Shown here piece after piece: positions 32,540 through 46,351 of a stretch of DNA of 64,000 nt (the stretch's first letter is position 1; each line of letters opens with the position of its first letter). This stretch comes from Escherichia phage vB-Eco-KMB40. A program made the translations under genes and the position numbers. Below the pieces are notes generated by a model. That model ran no database searches. It was not told where the DNA came from and saw only the letters and a program-made list of their open reading frames with translations. The stretch is taken from the sequence record OR539220.1, one strand, 5' to 3'.

Positions 32540-32788
32540 TTACTTCAATGTTACCACAAAGTGACGAACTGCTTTTCGCGCAGCAGAAGCCAGAGGCTTA
32601 GCATACTTAAGTTCATCTTTTTCCTGAAGCTCAGCAGCTAATGCAGTTTGAGCAGGATTCAAATGTTTGAAATAACGCAGGATTTCAAGAGCTTCGGCTT
32701 CAACATCAATAGATGCGCCATAGTTTTCGTGACCATTATTCCATGCGTTTCGTTGCAGTTCAAGAGCGTGTTGCAATTGTTTAATCAT
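32540..32788 (-). CDS. rIII: rIII lysis inhibition accessory protein
   Basis: 82 aa as T4 rIII; located immediately before gene 31 as in T4. Confidence 0.7.
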   Translation of the reverse strand: MIKQLQHALELQRNAWNNGHENYGASIDVEAEALEILRYFKHLNPAQTALAAELQEKDELKYAKPLASAARKAVRHFVVTLK

Positions 32789-32935
32789 TTAAAAATTCTC
32801 GTTAGAGATTAAAACTCGGTAGTCACGTTCTTCTGAATTTCATCTTCTTTCGACAGATCTCTCAGTTGTAGACTACCACGTAGAATTGTTCGGTTAACTT
32901 ATTATTCCGACACCCAATTCATATTATTATTTATA

Positions 32936-33271
32936 TCACTTATAAAGACACGGAATAGCTTTATAGTGACAAGTAACGAATTTTTGTTTAATTTCTTTTG
33001 ACTGCTTAAGACCCAGAGCTACAAAAGGATGCGGAACATTTCGAATTTGACCAACTGGAAGAGAAGTCAAATCACCGACTTCGCAGAAACCTTCAGGAAC
33101 ATCAGGACCAACAGAGTGAACTACACACAGTTCAGGAACTTCACCTTGGACACGTTTACCAATAATAAGTCCTGATTCTGTAACTTCTTCATCACCGGCT
33201 TGCGCAGGTTCAGAAACTAAAATAACATATTCACCGACAGCACGAATTGGTAGCTGTTGTACTTCAGACAT
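32936..33271 (-). CDS. 31: Co-chaperonin gp31 (GroES analogue)
   Basis: 111 aa as T4 gp31; N-terminus [18 protein letters not shown]. Confidence 0.8.
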   Translation of the reverse strand: MSEVQQLPIRAVGEYVILVSEPAQAGDEEVTESGLIIGKRVQGEVPELCVVHSVGPDVPEGFCEVGDLTSLPVGQIRNVPHPFVALGLKQSKEIKQKFVTCHYKAIPCLYK

Positions 33272-33327
33272 CGTTTTTCCTTTTTGTTAACAGATGAATT
33301 AATAATAACAAATAATTCTTAAAGCAT

Positions 33328-33636
33328 TTATTTACCAATAAATTGGAGTAAATGCTCAACTTTCATACCATTAACAGAAATCAATTTGTCAATAGAAAAA
33401 CCTCGCCATGCACCGAGTTCAACATCAAATATCGGAATCATATCAGTAGATTCTTTCCGAGTAGATTCAGTCAATTTACCGGTTTGCATAGTTGGCATAA
33501 AGTCAGCATCACGAGTGCCTTTCATAGTACGAATAGTACCATCAGACTTTTCAAAAACCACGTTTGAAATACCCATGGACAATTTAGTTTTCAAAATTTC
33601 ACGAATTGCTACTTTCTGTTCAGTTGTCAATTTCAT
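33328..33636 (-). CDS. Hypothetical protein (31.1 position)
   Basis: 102 aa ORF. Confidence 0.5.
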   Translation of the reverse strand: MKLTTEQKVAIREILKTKLSMGISNVVFEKSDGTIRTMKGTRDADFMPTMQTGKLTESTRKESTDMIPIFDVELGAWRGFSIDKLISVNGMKVEHLLQFIGK

Positions 33637-33873
33637 TTATTTACCTATTACAGTTTTAATATGGGTTGTTCCACGTTCTTTAAGAGTGGAAAGCAATTTT
33701 TGGCATTTTTCTAAATCAGATTTCCAACTATACGGTCTATCAATACAAACCCATTCTGACTTATAATACTGCTTCCATTTAGAGAAAAAATATTTCTTAT
33801 ACTCTACAGCAAACGAGATGTTCTCGTTAGAATAAGAACTAATTGCTGTGAGCTTTACCAAACGAAATTTCAT
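33637..33873 (-). CDS. Hypothetical protein (31.2 position)
   Basis: 78 aa ORF. Confidence 0.45.
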   Translation of the reverse strand: MKFRLVKLTAISSYSNENISFAVEYKKYFFSKWKQYYKSEWVCIDRPYSWKSDLEKCQKLLSTLKERGTTHIKTVIGK

Positions 33874-34454
33874 TATTCACCACAGAATTCGTTGATATTT
33901 TCCCAGTTTAACTTATTCAAGTTTTTCTTAGGAACATTAAACACTTCAATACCTGCATTTCGCAGAATATCATCCCAGCCAGGTTTATTTTTATCGTATG
34001 TTTCGCAATAAACCAGCTTTTTAATACCAGATTGAGCTATCGCTTTTGCACAATCTGGACAAGGAGAAAGTGTTACATACATAGTAGCACCTTCAATTGA
34101 AGAACCATTTCGTGCAGCAAACAAAATTGCATTTAGTTCAGCATGAATTTCATTTTTAGACGACCATTCAGAGTGAGCGCTACGGTGTTCTTTCGCCAAG
34201 ACAAAGCGATCAGTTGAACCAAATGATACGCATTCAGGCTTATGGCCTTGGATAATAGTATGTTTAGGTTTATTCAGCAACCAACCTTGCTCAGCGGCAT
34301 AATCACAACAGTTCACACCACCAGCAGGTGAACCATTATATCCGGTAGAAATAATACGTCCATTCTTTTCAATTACTGCTCCTACCTTCCAGGAGCAACA
34401 TTTGGATTCTTGTGATACTAAATATGCAATTTGAAGTACTGTACTCGCTTTCAT
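33873..34454 (-). CDS. cd: dCMP deaminase
   Basis: 193 aa; zinc-binding HAELNAIL and PCPDCAKAI deaminase motifs. Confidence 0.85.
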   Translation of the reverse strand: MKASTVLQIAYLVSQESKCCSWKVGAVIEKNGRIISTGYNGSPAGGVNCCDYAAEQGWLLNKPKHTIIQGHKPECVSFGSTDRFVLAKEHRSAHSEWSSKNEIHAELNAILFAARNGSSIEGATMYVTLSPCPDCAKAIAQSGIKKLVYCETYDKNKPGWDDILRNAGIEVFNVPKKNLNKLNWENINEFCGE

Positions 34455-34789
34455 TTCATAATCACCAGATAAGCAGATTTAGCAGTTTCAACACGATAAA
34501 TTTCGTGACGAAGTTTAGTTATACTTTTAATAACAGAACTAATTATATTCTGCCCATCTTTAAAGCGGTTTTTCTTATCAATAAAAACTGCGCCAACCAT
34601 CTTTTTGTGAAGCTCAACTGGATACTTCGTCACAATAATAGCATCATACACAGAAGGATGAATACTATTCACCAGAGTGTCATTCATTAAAGTTATTCTA
34701 ATGAACTGAGCTGTTTCAGAATCAAGTGCTCTATGATCGCCAGTATCATTTTCAAGACAATTATCAATTATATCAGTTAAATTCATCAT
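34451..34789 (-). CDS. Hypothetical protein (cd.1 position)
   Basis: 112 aa ORF overlapping cd start. Confidence 0.5.
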   Translation of the reverse strand: MMNLTDIIDNCLENDTGDHRALDSETAQFIRITLMNDTLVNSIHPSVYDAIIVTKYPVELHKKMVGAVFIDKKNRFKDGQNIISSVIKSITKLRHEIYRVETAKSAYLVIMK

Positions 34790-35121
34790 AGTACGCCATA
34801 CACCCTTTGTGCTTCAACTAATCCATCAAAATCTAATTTAAGATGCGATATTTGATCGCCATCACCTGGATTCACAATTACTAATACTGAACGAGGAGTT
34901 TCGGTAATAACACGAACCGATGTTTCAGGAAATCGTTCAGAAACCTTATTTACCAATTCCTGCGCAAATAGCTTAACTTTTTCTTGGAATTCTTTAACAG
35001 TAATCGGTTTTTCACTTAGCAGCATTTTGTTTTCCTCATTTGTTTGGTAGAGCCATAATATCACAACTCTACCGTAAAGTAAACTATTAAATTGCTTTGA
35101 ATTCTGATGTCTGTGATTCAA
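34786..35121 (-). CDS. Hypothetical protein (cd.2 position)
   Basis: 111 aa ORF. Confidence 0.5.
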   Translation of the reverse strand: MNHRHQNSKQFNSLLYGRVVILWLYQTNEENKMLLSEKPITVKEFQEKVKLFAQELVNKVSERFPETSVRVITETPRSVLVIVNPGDGDQISHLKLDFDGLVEAQRVYGVL

Positions 35122-35392
35122 AACGAATATCGCCTTTGATGACTAGCTCAGCATCAAGACCGAATACGACAATGATATGCGCGGAACCTGGATACAACGT
35201 AATGGCAATAGAATCCACCTGGTCTGGAAGCAAAGTATTCAATACATGAGTCACTTGAGCATGGATTCGAAGTTCAGCTGCGTTATCAAGCTTTTCAAAC
35301 ATATTATTAGCGATAATTTGACTAAACACTACTTCTACGATTTTAGAATAAGTCGGAAACATATTTACCTCACATAATTTTCTTCGAGCCAA
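35087..35392 (-). CDS. Hypothetical protein (cd.3 position)
   Basis: 101 aa ORF; true start may be an internal ATG. Confidence 0.45.
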   Translation of the reverse strand: MARRKLCEVNMFPTYSKIVEVVFSQIIANNMFEKLDNAAELRIHAQVTHVLNTLLPDQVDSIAITLYPGSAHIIVVFGLDAELVIKGDIRFESQTSEFKAI

Positions 35393-35557
35393 TCAATAAC
35401 ATCCAACGCATTATCAAAAGTTGAACCATCTACTTTGTCTTCTGTTTCATAATCAAGAACATCTAGGCCTACTCTTCCGTCAACAATAGGCCATAGACAA
35501 AATAGATATTTCTTTTCTTTTTCAATTTTATCACAAAGACGATAAATCTTTTCTAGG

Positions 35558-35565
<8 letters not shown>
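35365..35565 (-). CDS. Hypothetical protein (cd.4 position)
   Basis: 66 aa ORF. Confidence 0.45.
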
Positions 35566-36977
<1,412 letters not shown>

Positions 36978-37211
36978 TTATTTTTTCTCAACCAATGATT
37001 GAATATAATCATGCAGGTCTTTAGATGCTTTGCCCCATTTATTTTGATATTCATTTTTAAGATTAGCCCGAGATTGAGCTAATAAAACATCATTAGTTGG
37101 AGGTAAAGATTCTAATCGTTGAATCTGTCGTCCATAAATCATTGCAGCCATCTCGGATTCATAAATCAATCCTTTGAGATGTTCAAATTGATGCCATGAA
37201 ATCATTTGCAT
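36978..37211 (-). CDS. Hypothetical protein
   Basis: 77 aa ORF. Confidence 0.45.
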   Translation of the reverse strand: MQMISWHQFEHLKGLIYESEMAAMIYGRQIQRLESLPPTNDVLLAQSRANLKNEYQNKWGKASKDLHDYIQSLVEKK

Positions 37212-37501
37212 TTATCCTCTTTTAACTCTCGACGATAATAACATATCATAGTTTTCTGGTCATGTACATATCGTTTTACGTCATTAAGCCAAATACGAAA
37301 TTCCTGAGAATCTTCAAATGGCATACCTACCCAAGCTTTACCATCAATAACTTTAACTTGCCAAGATAGTTTAGCTTCGTCATATGACTTTATTTGTACA
37401 GGCCAATTAGGATGAACTGTTTCTTTCTTTACTTCTAGAGGCTTTGTCGAACAACCAACTAGAAGACCAATAGATAATATTACTGCTGATAGTTTAATCA
37501 T
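37202..37501 (-). CDS. Putative o-spanin (outer-membrane lipoprotein)
   Basis: 99 aa; signal peptide with lipobox MIKLSAVILSIGLLVGCS; overlaps upstream i-spanin-like ORF by 4 nt. Confidence 0.6.
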   Translation of the reverse strand: MIKLSAVILSIGLLVGCSTKPLEVKKETVHPNWPVQIKSYDEAKLSWQVKVIDGKAWVGMPFEDSQEFRIWLNDVKRYVHDQKTMICYYRRELKEDKCK

Positions 37502-37851
37502 TTAGAAAGGTCCTGGATGTCTTCTGCGAACTTGTTGAAGGAGTTGTTGATTTGTTTTTCAACCAATCCTGGCTTATGAGCCACCACATCCGCCTTCTTT
37601 GCATCTTTGCGCAGTTTTTCATTTTCACGCTCAATAGCAGCAATTGCCTCACGATTTTTATTATTCATCGCATCAATATAATTATACTGAATTCGCAAAT
37701 TATTTAATGCTAAAGCGTTTTCATTGGCTGTTTTTGTAATTTCAGTAACTGATGTTTCTAATCTTTCTACCTTATTTTTTAAAATAATAGATGTTCCGCC
37801 TAATGCTATTACAATTAATAGCAAACCTGCTGTCGTATTACTTAATTGCAT
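37498..37851 (-). CDS. Putative i-spanin (N-terminal TM helix plus coiled coil)
   Basis: 117 aa; hydrophobic LLLIVIALGGTSIIL followed by charged coiled-coil region; paired with lipoprotein ORF. Confidence 0.55.
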   Translation of the reverse strand: MQLSNTTAGLLLIVIALGGTSIILKNKVERLETSVTEITKTANENALALNNLRIQYNYIDAMNNKNREAIAAIERENEKLRKDAKKADVVAHKPGLVEKQINNSFNKFAEDIQDLSK

Positions 37852-38348
37852 AAAGTTTTAATAACCTCTATAATATCGTCTTGAGAAAGACCGTTAATTA
37901 AAATATGATGTTCAGCCGGAGATTTAGAAATTTTAAAGCATGCCTCAACATCTTCTGCCATATCCGATGCGCTACGATTTGGATTACTAATTCCAAGGCG
38001 GTGTTTTCCCGTCAAAGGATTAACAATAATGTAGCATTTACAGCTATTGATATGAACATTAGGCTGAGTCTGATTAATGAACACTTCACAATCATACTTA
38101 GCGAGTTGATTTTCTAAAAAGACTTTCATTTCCTCAACCGCATCAGGAAGCATATCACGGGCTTGCTCAAGACGACGATTTCGATATTCTTTAATGGTCG
38201 TTTTCCGCTTGACTTGCTTTGCTAAATCTTTCTTAAGATCGGTGATATATCCAACTCGACGATTTCCTTTGAATACAGAAATCCCATCTGTAGTATCACC
38301 GTATGCTTCAACGACCATTTCAGTAGTAATAAGTTGTAAATCCATCAT
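37842..38348 (-). CDS. alc: Alc, host transcription elongation inhibitor
   Basis: about 167 aa; N-terminus M(M)DLQLITTEMVVEAYGD as remembered for T4 Alc. Confidence 0.75.
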   Translation of the reverse strand: MMDLQLITTEMVVEAYGDTTDGISVFKGNRRVGYITDLKKDLAKQVKRKTTIKEYRNRRLEQARDMLPDAVEEMKVFLENQLAKYDCEVFINQTQPNVHINSCKCYIIVNPLTGKHRLGISNPNRSASDMAEDVEACFKISKSPAEHHILINGLSQDDIIEVIKTLCN

Positions 38349-38409
38349 AAAGTCCTCATGTTATGTCAGTAAGATTATTATAACACAACACGAGGGACTT
38401 GTAAACAGC

Positions 38410-39997
<1,588 letters not shown>

Positions 39998-40024
39998 AAT
40001 AAAATGGGCCTTGCGGCCCACTCC

Positions 40025-41194
40025 TTAAAAGTATTTTTTAAAACTCATCATAACTTTATCATCAACATCATTATCAATCTGTGCAACAAGGTAAGATGAC
40101 AGTTCTACTTCTTGTGGCGCGGATTGAACATTATCAGAATTAAGATATTCACGAATCCAAGGATATGGATGTTTAACCGGAGCATCGGTAATTGGGCATG
40201 GAAGACCACACTGTTTCATACGAGATACAGTTAAGTAATCAATAAAGCTCCACATGCTATTTGTATTTAATCCAGGAACATCGCCATCTTTAAATAAATG
40301 AACTGCCCAATCTTTTTCTTGGCGGTTAACTTCCATGAAAATATCAACTGCTTCTTGTTCACACTCTTTAGCAATTTTAACCCATTCATCGCCGTCTGTT
40401 CCAAGCTGAAGTTGACGAATAATATATTGGGTGCCCTTGAGGTGGAGCTGTTCATCACGAGCAATGAACTTCATAATCTTGGCATTACCTTCCATGATTT
40501 CCATATTCTTGTGGAAGTTAAAGGTACATGCAAAAGATACATAAAAACGAATAGCTTCCAATGCATTGATTACATGGAGGCAAAGATAAAGAGATTTCAT
40601 CAGCTCTCGTTTGGCGTATTCAACGACTTTACCAAGTTCATCTTTGCGCCAACCTTCAGACAAAATTCCTTCGTATTCTTCTTTAGCGTTTTCCCATTCA
40701 CGGGTTTTAATCAGAACATCATCATAATAGCGACCGATAGATTCAGCACGTTTCATAATAGCTTCATCTAATACAATCTCATCAAATACCTTCGATGGAT
40801 CAGTATAAAGATTTCGCATGATATGAGTATATGAACGACTGTGAATAGTTTCACTAAAAGTCCATGTAGCAACCCATGTATCAAGACTTGGGTCTGAAAT
40901 TAATGACATAAGTACAGCAGACGGCGCACGACCCTGAATGCTATCCAAAAGTGATTGATACTTCAAGTTGTTAGTAAAAATATTCTGCTGATACTGAGGA
41001 AGCTTATTAAACTGTGCAGCATCCATCATTAAGTTTACTTCTTCGGGACGCCAGAAAAATGATAAGGACTTCTCTGTAAGTTCTTCAAATACTCGATGCC
41101 GTTGAATATCATAACGCGCAATACCAAGACCTGAACCAAAAAACATAGGTTCTTTTAAAACATCAACTGGATTTGTATTAAAAACTGTGCTCAT
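40025..41194 (-). CDS. nrdB: Ribonucleotide reductase small subunit (uninterrupted)
   Basis: 389 aa contiguous ORF; no intron-sized interruption. Confidence 0.9.
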   Translation of the reverse strand: MSTVFNTNPVDVLKEPMFFGSGLGIARYDIQRHRVFEELTEKSLSFFWRPEEVNLMMDAAQFNKLPQYQQNIFTNNLKYQSLLDSIQGRAPSAVLMSLISDPSLDTWVATWTFSETIHSRSYTHIMRNLYTDPSKVFDEIVLDEAIMKRAESIGRYYDDVLIKTREWENAKEEYEGILSEGWRKDELGKVVEYAKRELMKSLYLCLHVINALEAIRFYVSFACTFNFHKNMEIMEGNAKIMKFIARDEQLHLKGTQYIIRQLQLGTDGDEWVKIAKECEQEAVDIFMEVNRQEKDWAVHLFKDGDVPGLNTNSMWSFIDYLTVSRMKQCGLPCPITDAPVKHPYPWIREYLNSDNVQSAPQEVELSSYLVAQIDNDVDDKVMMSFKKYF

Positions 41195-41245
41195 AAATTT
41201 TCCACTTAGTTAATAGATAGTGACTCGTCCATGAGTCAAATTATA

Positions 41246-43510
41246 TCATAATTTACAGGATGAACAATCTTCAGCTTTTGGAGTTTCTATTTCATAATCA
41301 TCAGTACCAGAACCATCACGGGTATTATGATAATAGAAATTTTTTCCGCCAAAATACCAGAAATACAAAAGGTCATCAATCATTATTGACATTGGAACCT
41401 TTCCTTTTGGAAAAATCTGCGGGTCATAGTATGTATTTGCTGAAGCTGATTGACATACCCATTTCAGCATAATAGCTACCTGCGTAAGATAAGGTTTATT
41501 ACCTTTCTTAGCTAATTTCCACGTATAATCATATAGGTCTATGTTATGCTCAATATTGGGCACGACTTGATTAAAGGAGCCCTCTTTTGATTCTTTAACA
41601 GAGACTGGTCCACGTGGAGGCTCGATACCGTTTGTACTGTTAGAAACTTGGGAAGATGACTCACATGGCATAAGTGCTGATAATGTGCTATTACGGATGC
41701 CAAAGAGCTTAAGGTCTTCCCGCAGCGCCGACCAGTCACAAACGTATTTTGGAGCTGCGATTTGGTCAATCTTTTTATTGTACCAGTCGATAGGTAATTC
41801 GCCTCGAGACCAACGAGTGTCTGAATAATATTCGCAAGGTCCTTTTTCTTTGGCGAGCTTAATGGATGCTTTAATGAGTCCATACTGTAATCTCTCAAAT
41901 AGTTCATGTGTTAAATCGTTAGCATCTTCATAAGAAGCAAAGTTACTTGCCAGCCAAGCTGCATAGTTGGTAACACCTACACCGAGGTTACGACGCTTTT
42001 TAGCTTTTTCTGCTTCAGGAACTGGATATCCTTGGTAATCCAAAAGATTATCAAGAGCACGAACTTGAACTTCTGCCAATTCATTAATTTTATCTTGGTC
42101 TTGCCAATCGAAGTTATCCAACACAAATGCAGATAACGTGCACAAGCCAATTTCAGCATCAGGACTATTCACATCATTTGTTGGAATAGCAATTTCACAA
42201 CACAAGTTACTCTGACGAATAGGTGCCTTTTCACGAATAAACGGAGTATAGTTATTCGTATTATCAATGAACTGTACATAAATCCTTGCTGTTCCTGAAC
42301 GTTCAGTCATGAGCAATTCAAATAGTTCACGGGCTTTAATACGCTTTTTACGAATATTAGGGTCCTTTTCTGCTGCTTCGTATAATTCACGGAAACGGTC
42401 TTGGTCTTTAAAATAAGAATAATAAAGCTCTCCACCCATTTCATGCGGACTGAACAAAGTAATGTAATCGTTCTTTCCGAATCGTTCCATCATCAAATCA
42501 TTCAGTTGAACACCATAATCCATATGACGAATGCGGTTTTCTTCTACGCCTTTGTTATTTTTCAAAACGAGAAGATTTTCAACTTCCAAATGCCAAATAG
42601 GATAATAAGCAGTAGCAGCGCCGCCACGAATTCCACCCTGTGAGCATGATTTAACAGCAGTCTGAAAATGTTTCCAAAAAGGAATAACCCCAGTATGGCG
42701 TACTTCACCCATGCCAATCTTAGAACCTTCGGCACGAATCATACCAACGTTAATACCAATTCCAGCGCGTTTAGAGATATATTCAACAATTGAAGCAGAA
42801 GCCTTATTGATAGACTTCAGCGAATCACCTGCCTCAATAACAACACATGAACTAAACTGTCGAGTCGGAGTACGGCAACCAGCCATAATAGGAGTTGGCA
42901 ATGAAATCTGTCGAGTAGATACTGCTTCATAAAAACGGATAACATGTTTTAATCTATCAACAGGTTCATCTTGATGTAATGCCATTCCAATAGTCATAAA
43001 TGCAAACTGTGGAGTTTCATAAATTTGACCAGTGGTTTTATCTTTAACTAAATATTTTTCTTTTAATTGCATCGCCCCGGAATAAGTAAATTCCATATCC
43101 CGCTCGTGCTTAATTTTTGATTCTAAAAATGTAATTTCTTCTGCTGAATATTTTGACAATAATTCAGGGTCATATTTACCTTCATTTACACAGTAAGAAA
43201 TATGGTCAATAAATGAACGTGGTTCATACTGCCCATAAACATGCTTACGAAGAGCAAACATTAAACAGCGTGCAGCTACATATTGATAATCGGGCTCTTC
43301 AACCGAAATAGAATTCGCAGCGGCCTTAATGACAATAGTCTGAATATCATCAGTTGTCATTCCATCACGGAGATAAGATTTAATATTTTCATATAATTCA
43401 TAAGGATCTACTGATGTTCCCTCAGCTGCCCAAGATAAAACTTTAATAATTTTTTGTGGGTCAAAGCTCTGAGAAACACCACTACTTTTGATAACATTAA
43501 TTAATTGCAT
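41246..43510 (-). CDS. nrdA: Ribonucleotide reductase large subunit
   Basis: 754 aa as T4 NrdA. Confidence 0.9.
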   Translation of the reverse strand: MQLINVIKSSGVSQSFDPQKIIKVLSWAAEGTSVDPYELYENIKSYLRDGMTTDDIQTIVIKAAANSISVEEPDYQYVAARCLMFALRKHVYGQYEPRSFIDHISYCVNEGKYDPELLSKYSAEEITFLESKIKHERDMEFTYSGAMQLKEKYLVKDKTTGQIYETPQFAFMTIGMALHQDEPVDRLKHVIRFYEAVSTRQISLPTPIMAGCRTPTRQFSSCVVIEAGDSLKSINKASASIVEYISKRAGIGINVGMIRAEGSKIGMGEVRHTGVIPFWKHFQTAVKSCSQGGIRGGAATAYYPIWHLEVENLLVLKNNKGVEENRIRHMDYGVQLNDLMMERFGKNDYITLFSPHEMGGELYYSYFKDQDRFRELYEAAEKDPNIRKKRIKARELFELLMTERSGTARIYVQFIDNTNNYTPFIREKAPIRQSNLCCEIAIPTNDVNSPDAEIGLCTLSAFVLDNFDWQDQDKINELAEVQVRALDNLLDYQGYPVPEAEKAKKRRNLGVGVTNYAAWLASNFASYEDANDLTHELFERLQYGLIKASIKLAKEKGPCEYYSDTRWSRGELPIDWYNKKIDQIAAPKYVCDWSALREDLKLFGIRNSTLSALMPCESSSQVSNSTNGIEPPRGPVSVKESKEGSFNQVVPNIEHNIDLYDYTWKLAKKGNKPYLTQVAIMLKWVCQSASANTYYDPQIFPKGKVPMSIMIDDLLYFWYFGGKNFYYHNTRDGSGTDDYEIETPKAEDCSSCKL

Positions 43511-43827
43511 AAGTCCTCAACTTGAAAATCGTCTTTAAACAATCGGTTAACTATATGAGCTATTATATCACCATGACACGGCTTTGGTTTACATGTGCAT
43601 CCTAGCCTCATTCCACGTAAAGGCTCTAAATGTGCTTTAGTTATTTCTCCGGATTTAATTCGACGTATAAAATCTTTTTTAAATAATTCAATGGCAGCCT
43701 CCCGGCTGCCAGCATCTTTACCGACGTAATTTCCCCAAAATGTACCGCGGTGAATATTAACATCAAAGTCGGATTTATATTTATTCACTACCCGGCATAG
43801 ACGGCCCGCGCGGTGATAATTCAGCAT
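43501..43827 (-). CDS. Hypothetical Cys-rich protein with CxC...C-HGD motif (nrdA.1 position)
   Basis: 108 aa; [14 protein letters not shown] motif. Confidence 0.5.
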   Translation of the reverse strand: MLNYHRAGRLCRVVNKYKSDFDVNIHRGTFWGNYVGKDAGSREAAIELFKKDFIRRIKSGEITKAHLEPLRGMRLGCTCKPKPCHGDIIAHIVNRLFKDDFQVEDLCN

Positions 43828-44056
43828 ATTGTTTTTCCGTCAAAACAGTAATATCGTAGTAACAGTCAGAAGAAGTTTTAACTGTGGAAATTTTATTATC
43901 AAAATACTCACGGGTCATTTTATGAGTATAATATTTTTTACCATAAATGATAATAGGCTGATTTGGTCCTGGAACTTCTAACTCACTTGGGTTAGGAAGT
44001 GTAAAAAGAACGGCACCAGAAGTATCTTTAAATCGTAAAATCATATATCCTCTCAA
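43781..44056 (-). CDS. Hypothetical protein (nrdA.2 position)
   Basis: 91 aa ORF; overlaps downstream ORF, true start may be internal. Confidence 0.4.
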   Translation of the reverse strand: MRGYMILRFKDTSGAVLFTLPNPSELEVPGPNQPIIIYGKKYYTHKMTREYFDNKISTVKTSSDCYYDITVLTEKQYAELSPRGPSMPGSE

Positions 44057-44067
44057 TTAAATTAAAA

Positions 44068-44928
44068 TTATACCGCCATCTTTCCTTTAATTGGCGGGTG
44101 AGATACATAGTTGTTAAGAACGAAATCTTTAGGTCTAAGTTTAAGAACATATTTTAATTGTTCTTTAGTAGAAAGATATCGGAATTTATAAGGTAGACCA
44201 CTTATTACCAGCTCACAAAGCTCTTTAGGTTCACGCCTCAATATTTCTTTACACTGTTCTACGTGATTCATATAGATATGAGTATTACCACCAGAAAATA
44301 TCAAATCTCCTGGAATAAGATTACACATCTTAGCTACAATATGAACTAACGTAGCATATGATGCAATATTAAATGGAAGACCGAGAAAAACATCTACCGA
44401 ACGTTGATACCACTGCAAATCCAAATAGCCATTACGCACATTAAACTGATAGAACATATGACAAGGCGGTAATGCCATATATTTAAGTTCAGCTGGATTC
44501 CATGCTGAAACAATTTGACGCCTATCATTTGGCAGTTTTTTAATACGATCAACAACTTCTATAATTTGGTCTACACCACCAAAATCACGCCACTGTTTTC
44601 CATAAATTGGACCAAGTTCACCGCTATGGTATCCTAAATCTTTTGCTTGATTTTCGTAATTTTCATCCCAGACTGTTTTGCCTTGAATTAATGAATCATG
44701 CTGAATTAATCGTAAATCATTGACATTTGTGCTTCCTGATAAAAACCAAAGCAGCTCAGCAATGCAAGCTTTCCAAGCGAGCTTTTTAGTTGTTACTGCA
44801 GGAAAACCTTTGGTTAAATCCCAACGCAATTTAGTACCGAACAAAGCAATTGTTCCTGTGCCTGTTCGGTCATCGGTTTCATAACCATTTTCAAAAATGT
44901 CTTTAATTAAATCTTGGTATTGTTTCAT
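44068..44928 (-). CDS. td: Thymidylate synthase (uninterrupted)
   Basis: 286 aa contiguous ORF; active-site PPCH motif; no intron. Confidence 0.9.
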   Translation of the reverse strand: MKQYQDLIKDIFENGYETDDRTGTGTIALFGTKLRWDLTKGFPAVTTKKLAWKACIAELLWFLSGSTNVNDLRLIQHDSLIQGKTVWDENYENQAKDLGYHSGELGPIYGKQWRDFGGVDQIIEVVDRIKKLPNDRRQIVSAWNPAELKYMALPPCHMFYQFNVRNGYLDLQWYQRSVDVFLGLPFNIASYATLVHIVAKMCNLIPGDLIFSGGNTHIYMNHVEQCKEILRREPKELCELVISGLPYKFRYLSTKEQLKYVLKLRPKDFVLNNYVSHPPIKGKMAV

Positions 44929-44972
44929 TTAGTACCTTATATAAATTATAATACATTTTATGAAGCTAATAA

Positions 44973-45332
44973 TTAATATGGTTTAGCATCAAATTTTCTT
45001 TCGATTTCAGGAGTGAAATATAATTCTTTACCGCGTTTAGAAAAGCGACCAATAATATGATAATTATTCTCATCAAACGTAATATTGCCAATATCCATGG
45101 CTTTCAACCAAATATCGATATTTCTATCCAGTTTTATATCAAAATTCCAATACGGAGAACTATTACCGAAAATACTGCAAGCGGATTCAGTGAAACAACT
45201 ACTATAAATCTTGTCTTTAGGAACTACTAATTGATAGACGCCTTTAATAAACTGAGGACCCTGCCATTTTGGTTGTTTTGCGTCTTTTTCTAATAGAATA
45301 GGGTAATAATTAAAGTTCATATTTTCCGCCAC
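44973..45332 (-). CDS. Hypothetical protein located between frd and td
   Basis: 119 aa ORF (GTG at 45332; ATG at 45320 gives 115 aa) filling the frd-td interval. Confidence 0.5.
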   Translation of the reverse strand: MAENMNFNYYPILLEKDAKQPKWQGPQFIKGVYQLVVPKDKIYSSCFTESACSIFGNSSPYWNFDIKLDRNIDIWLKAMDIGNITFDENNYHIIGRFSKRGKELYFTPEIERKFDAKPY

Positions 45333-45340
45333 GCGTTATT

Positions 45341-46298
<958 letters not shown>

Positions 46299-46351
46299 TT
46301 TTTAAAGCATTGCATAATAGAATTCATCATTCATAAACTCAAATACAAAAA

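Noticed and set aside
44068-44928. Search for a group I intron or I-TevI-like ORF in td (and likewise nrdB)
   Set aside because: Both reading frames are continuous at full expected protein length, so no intron is present.
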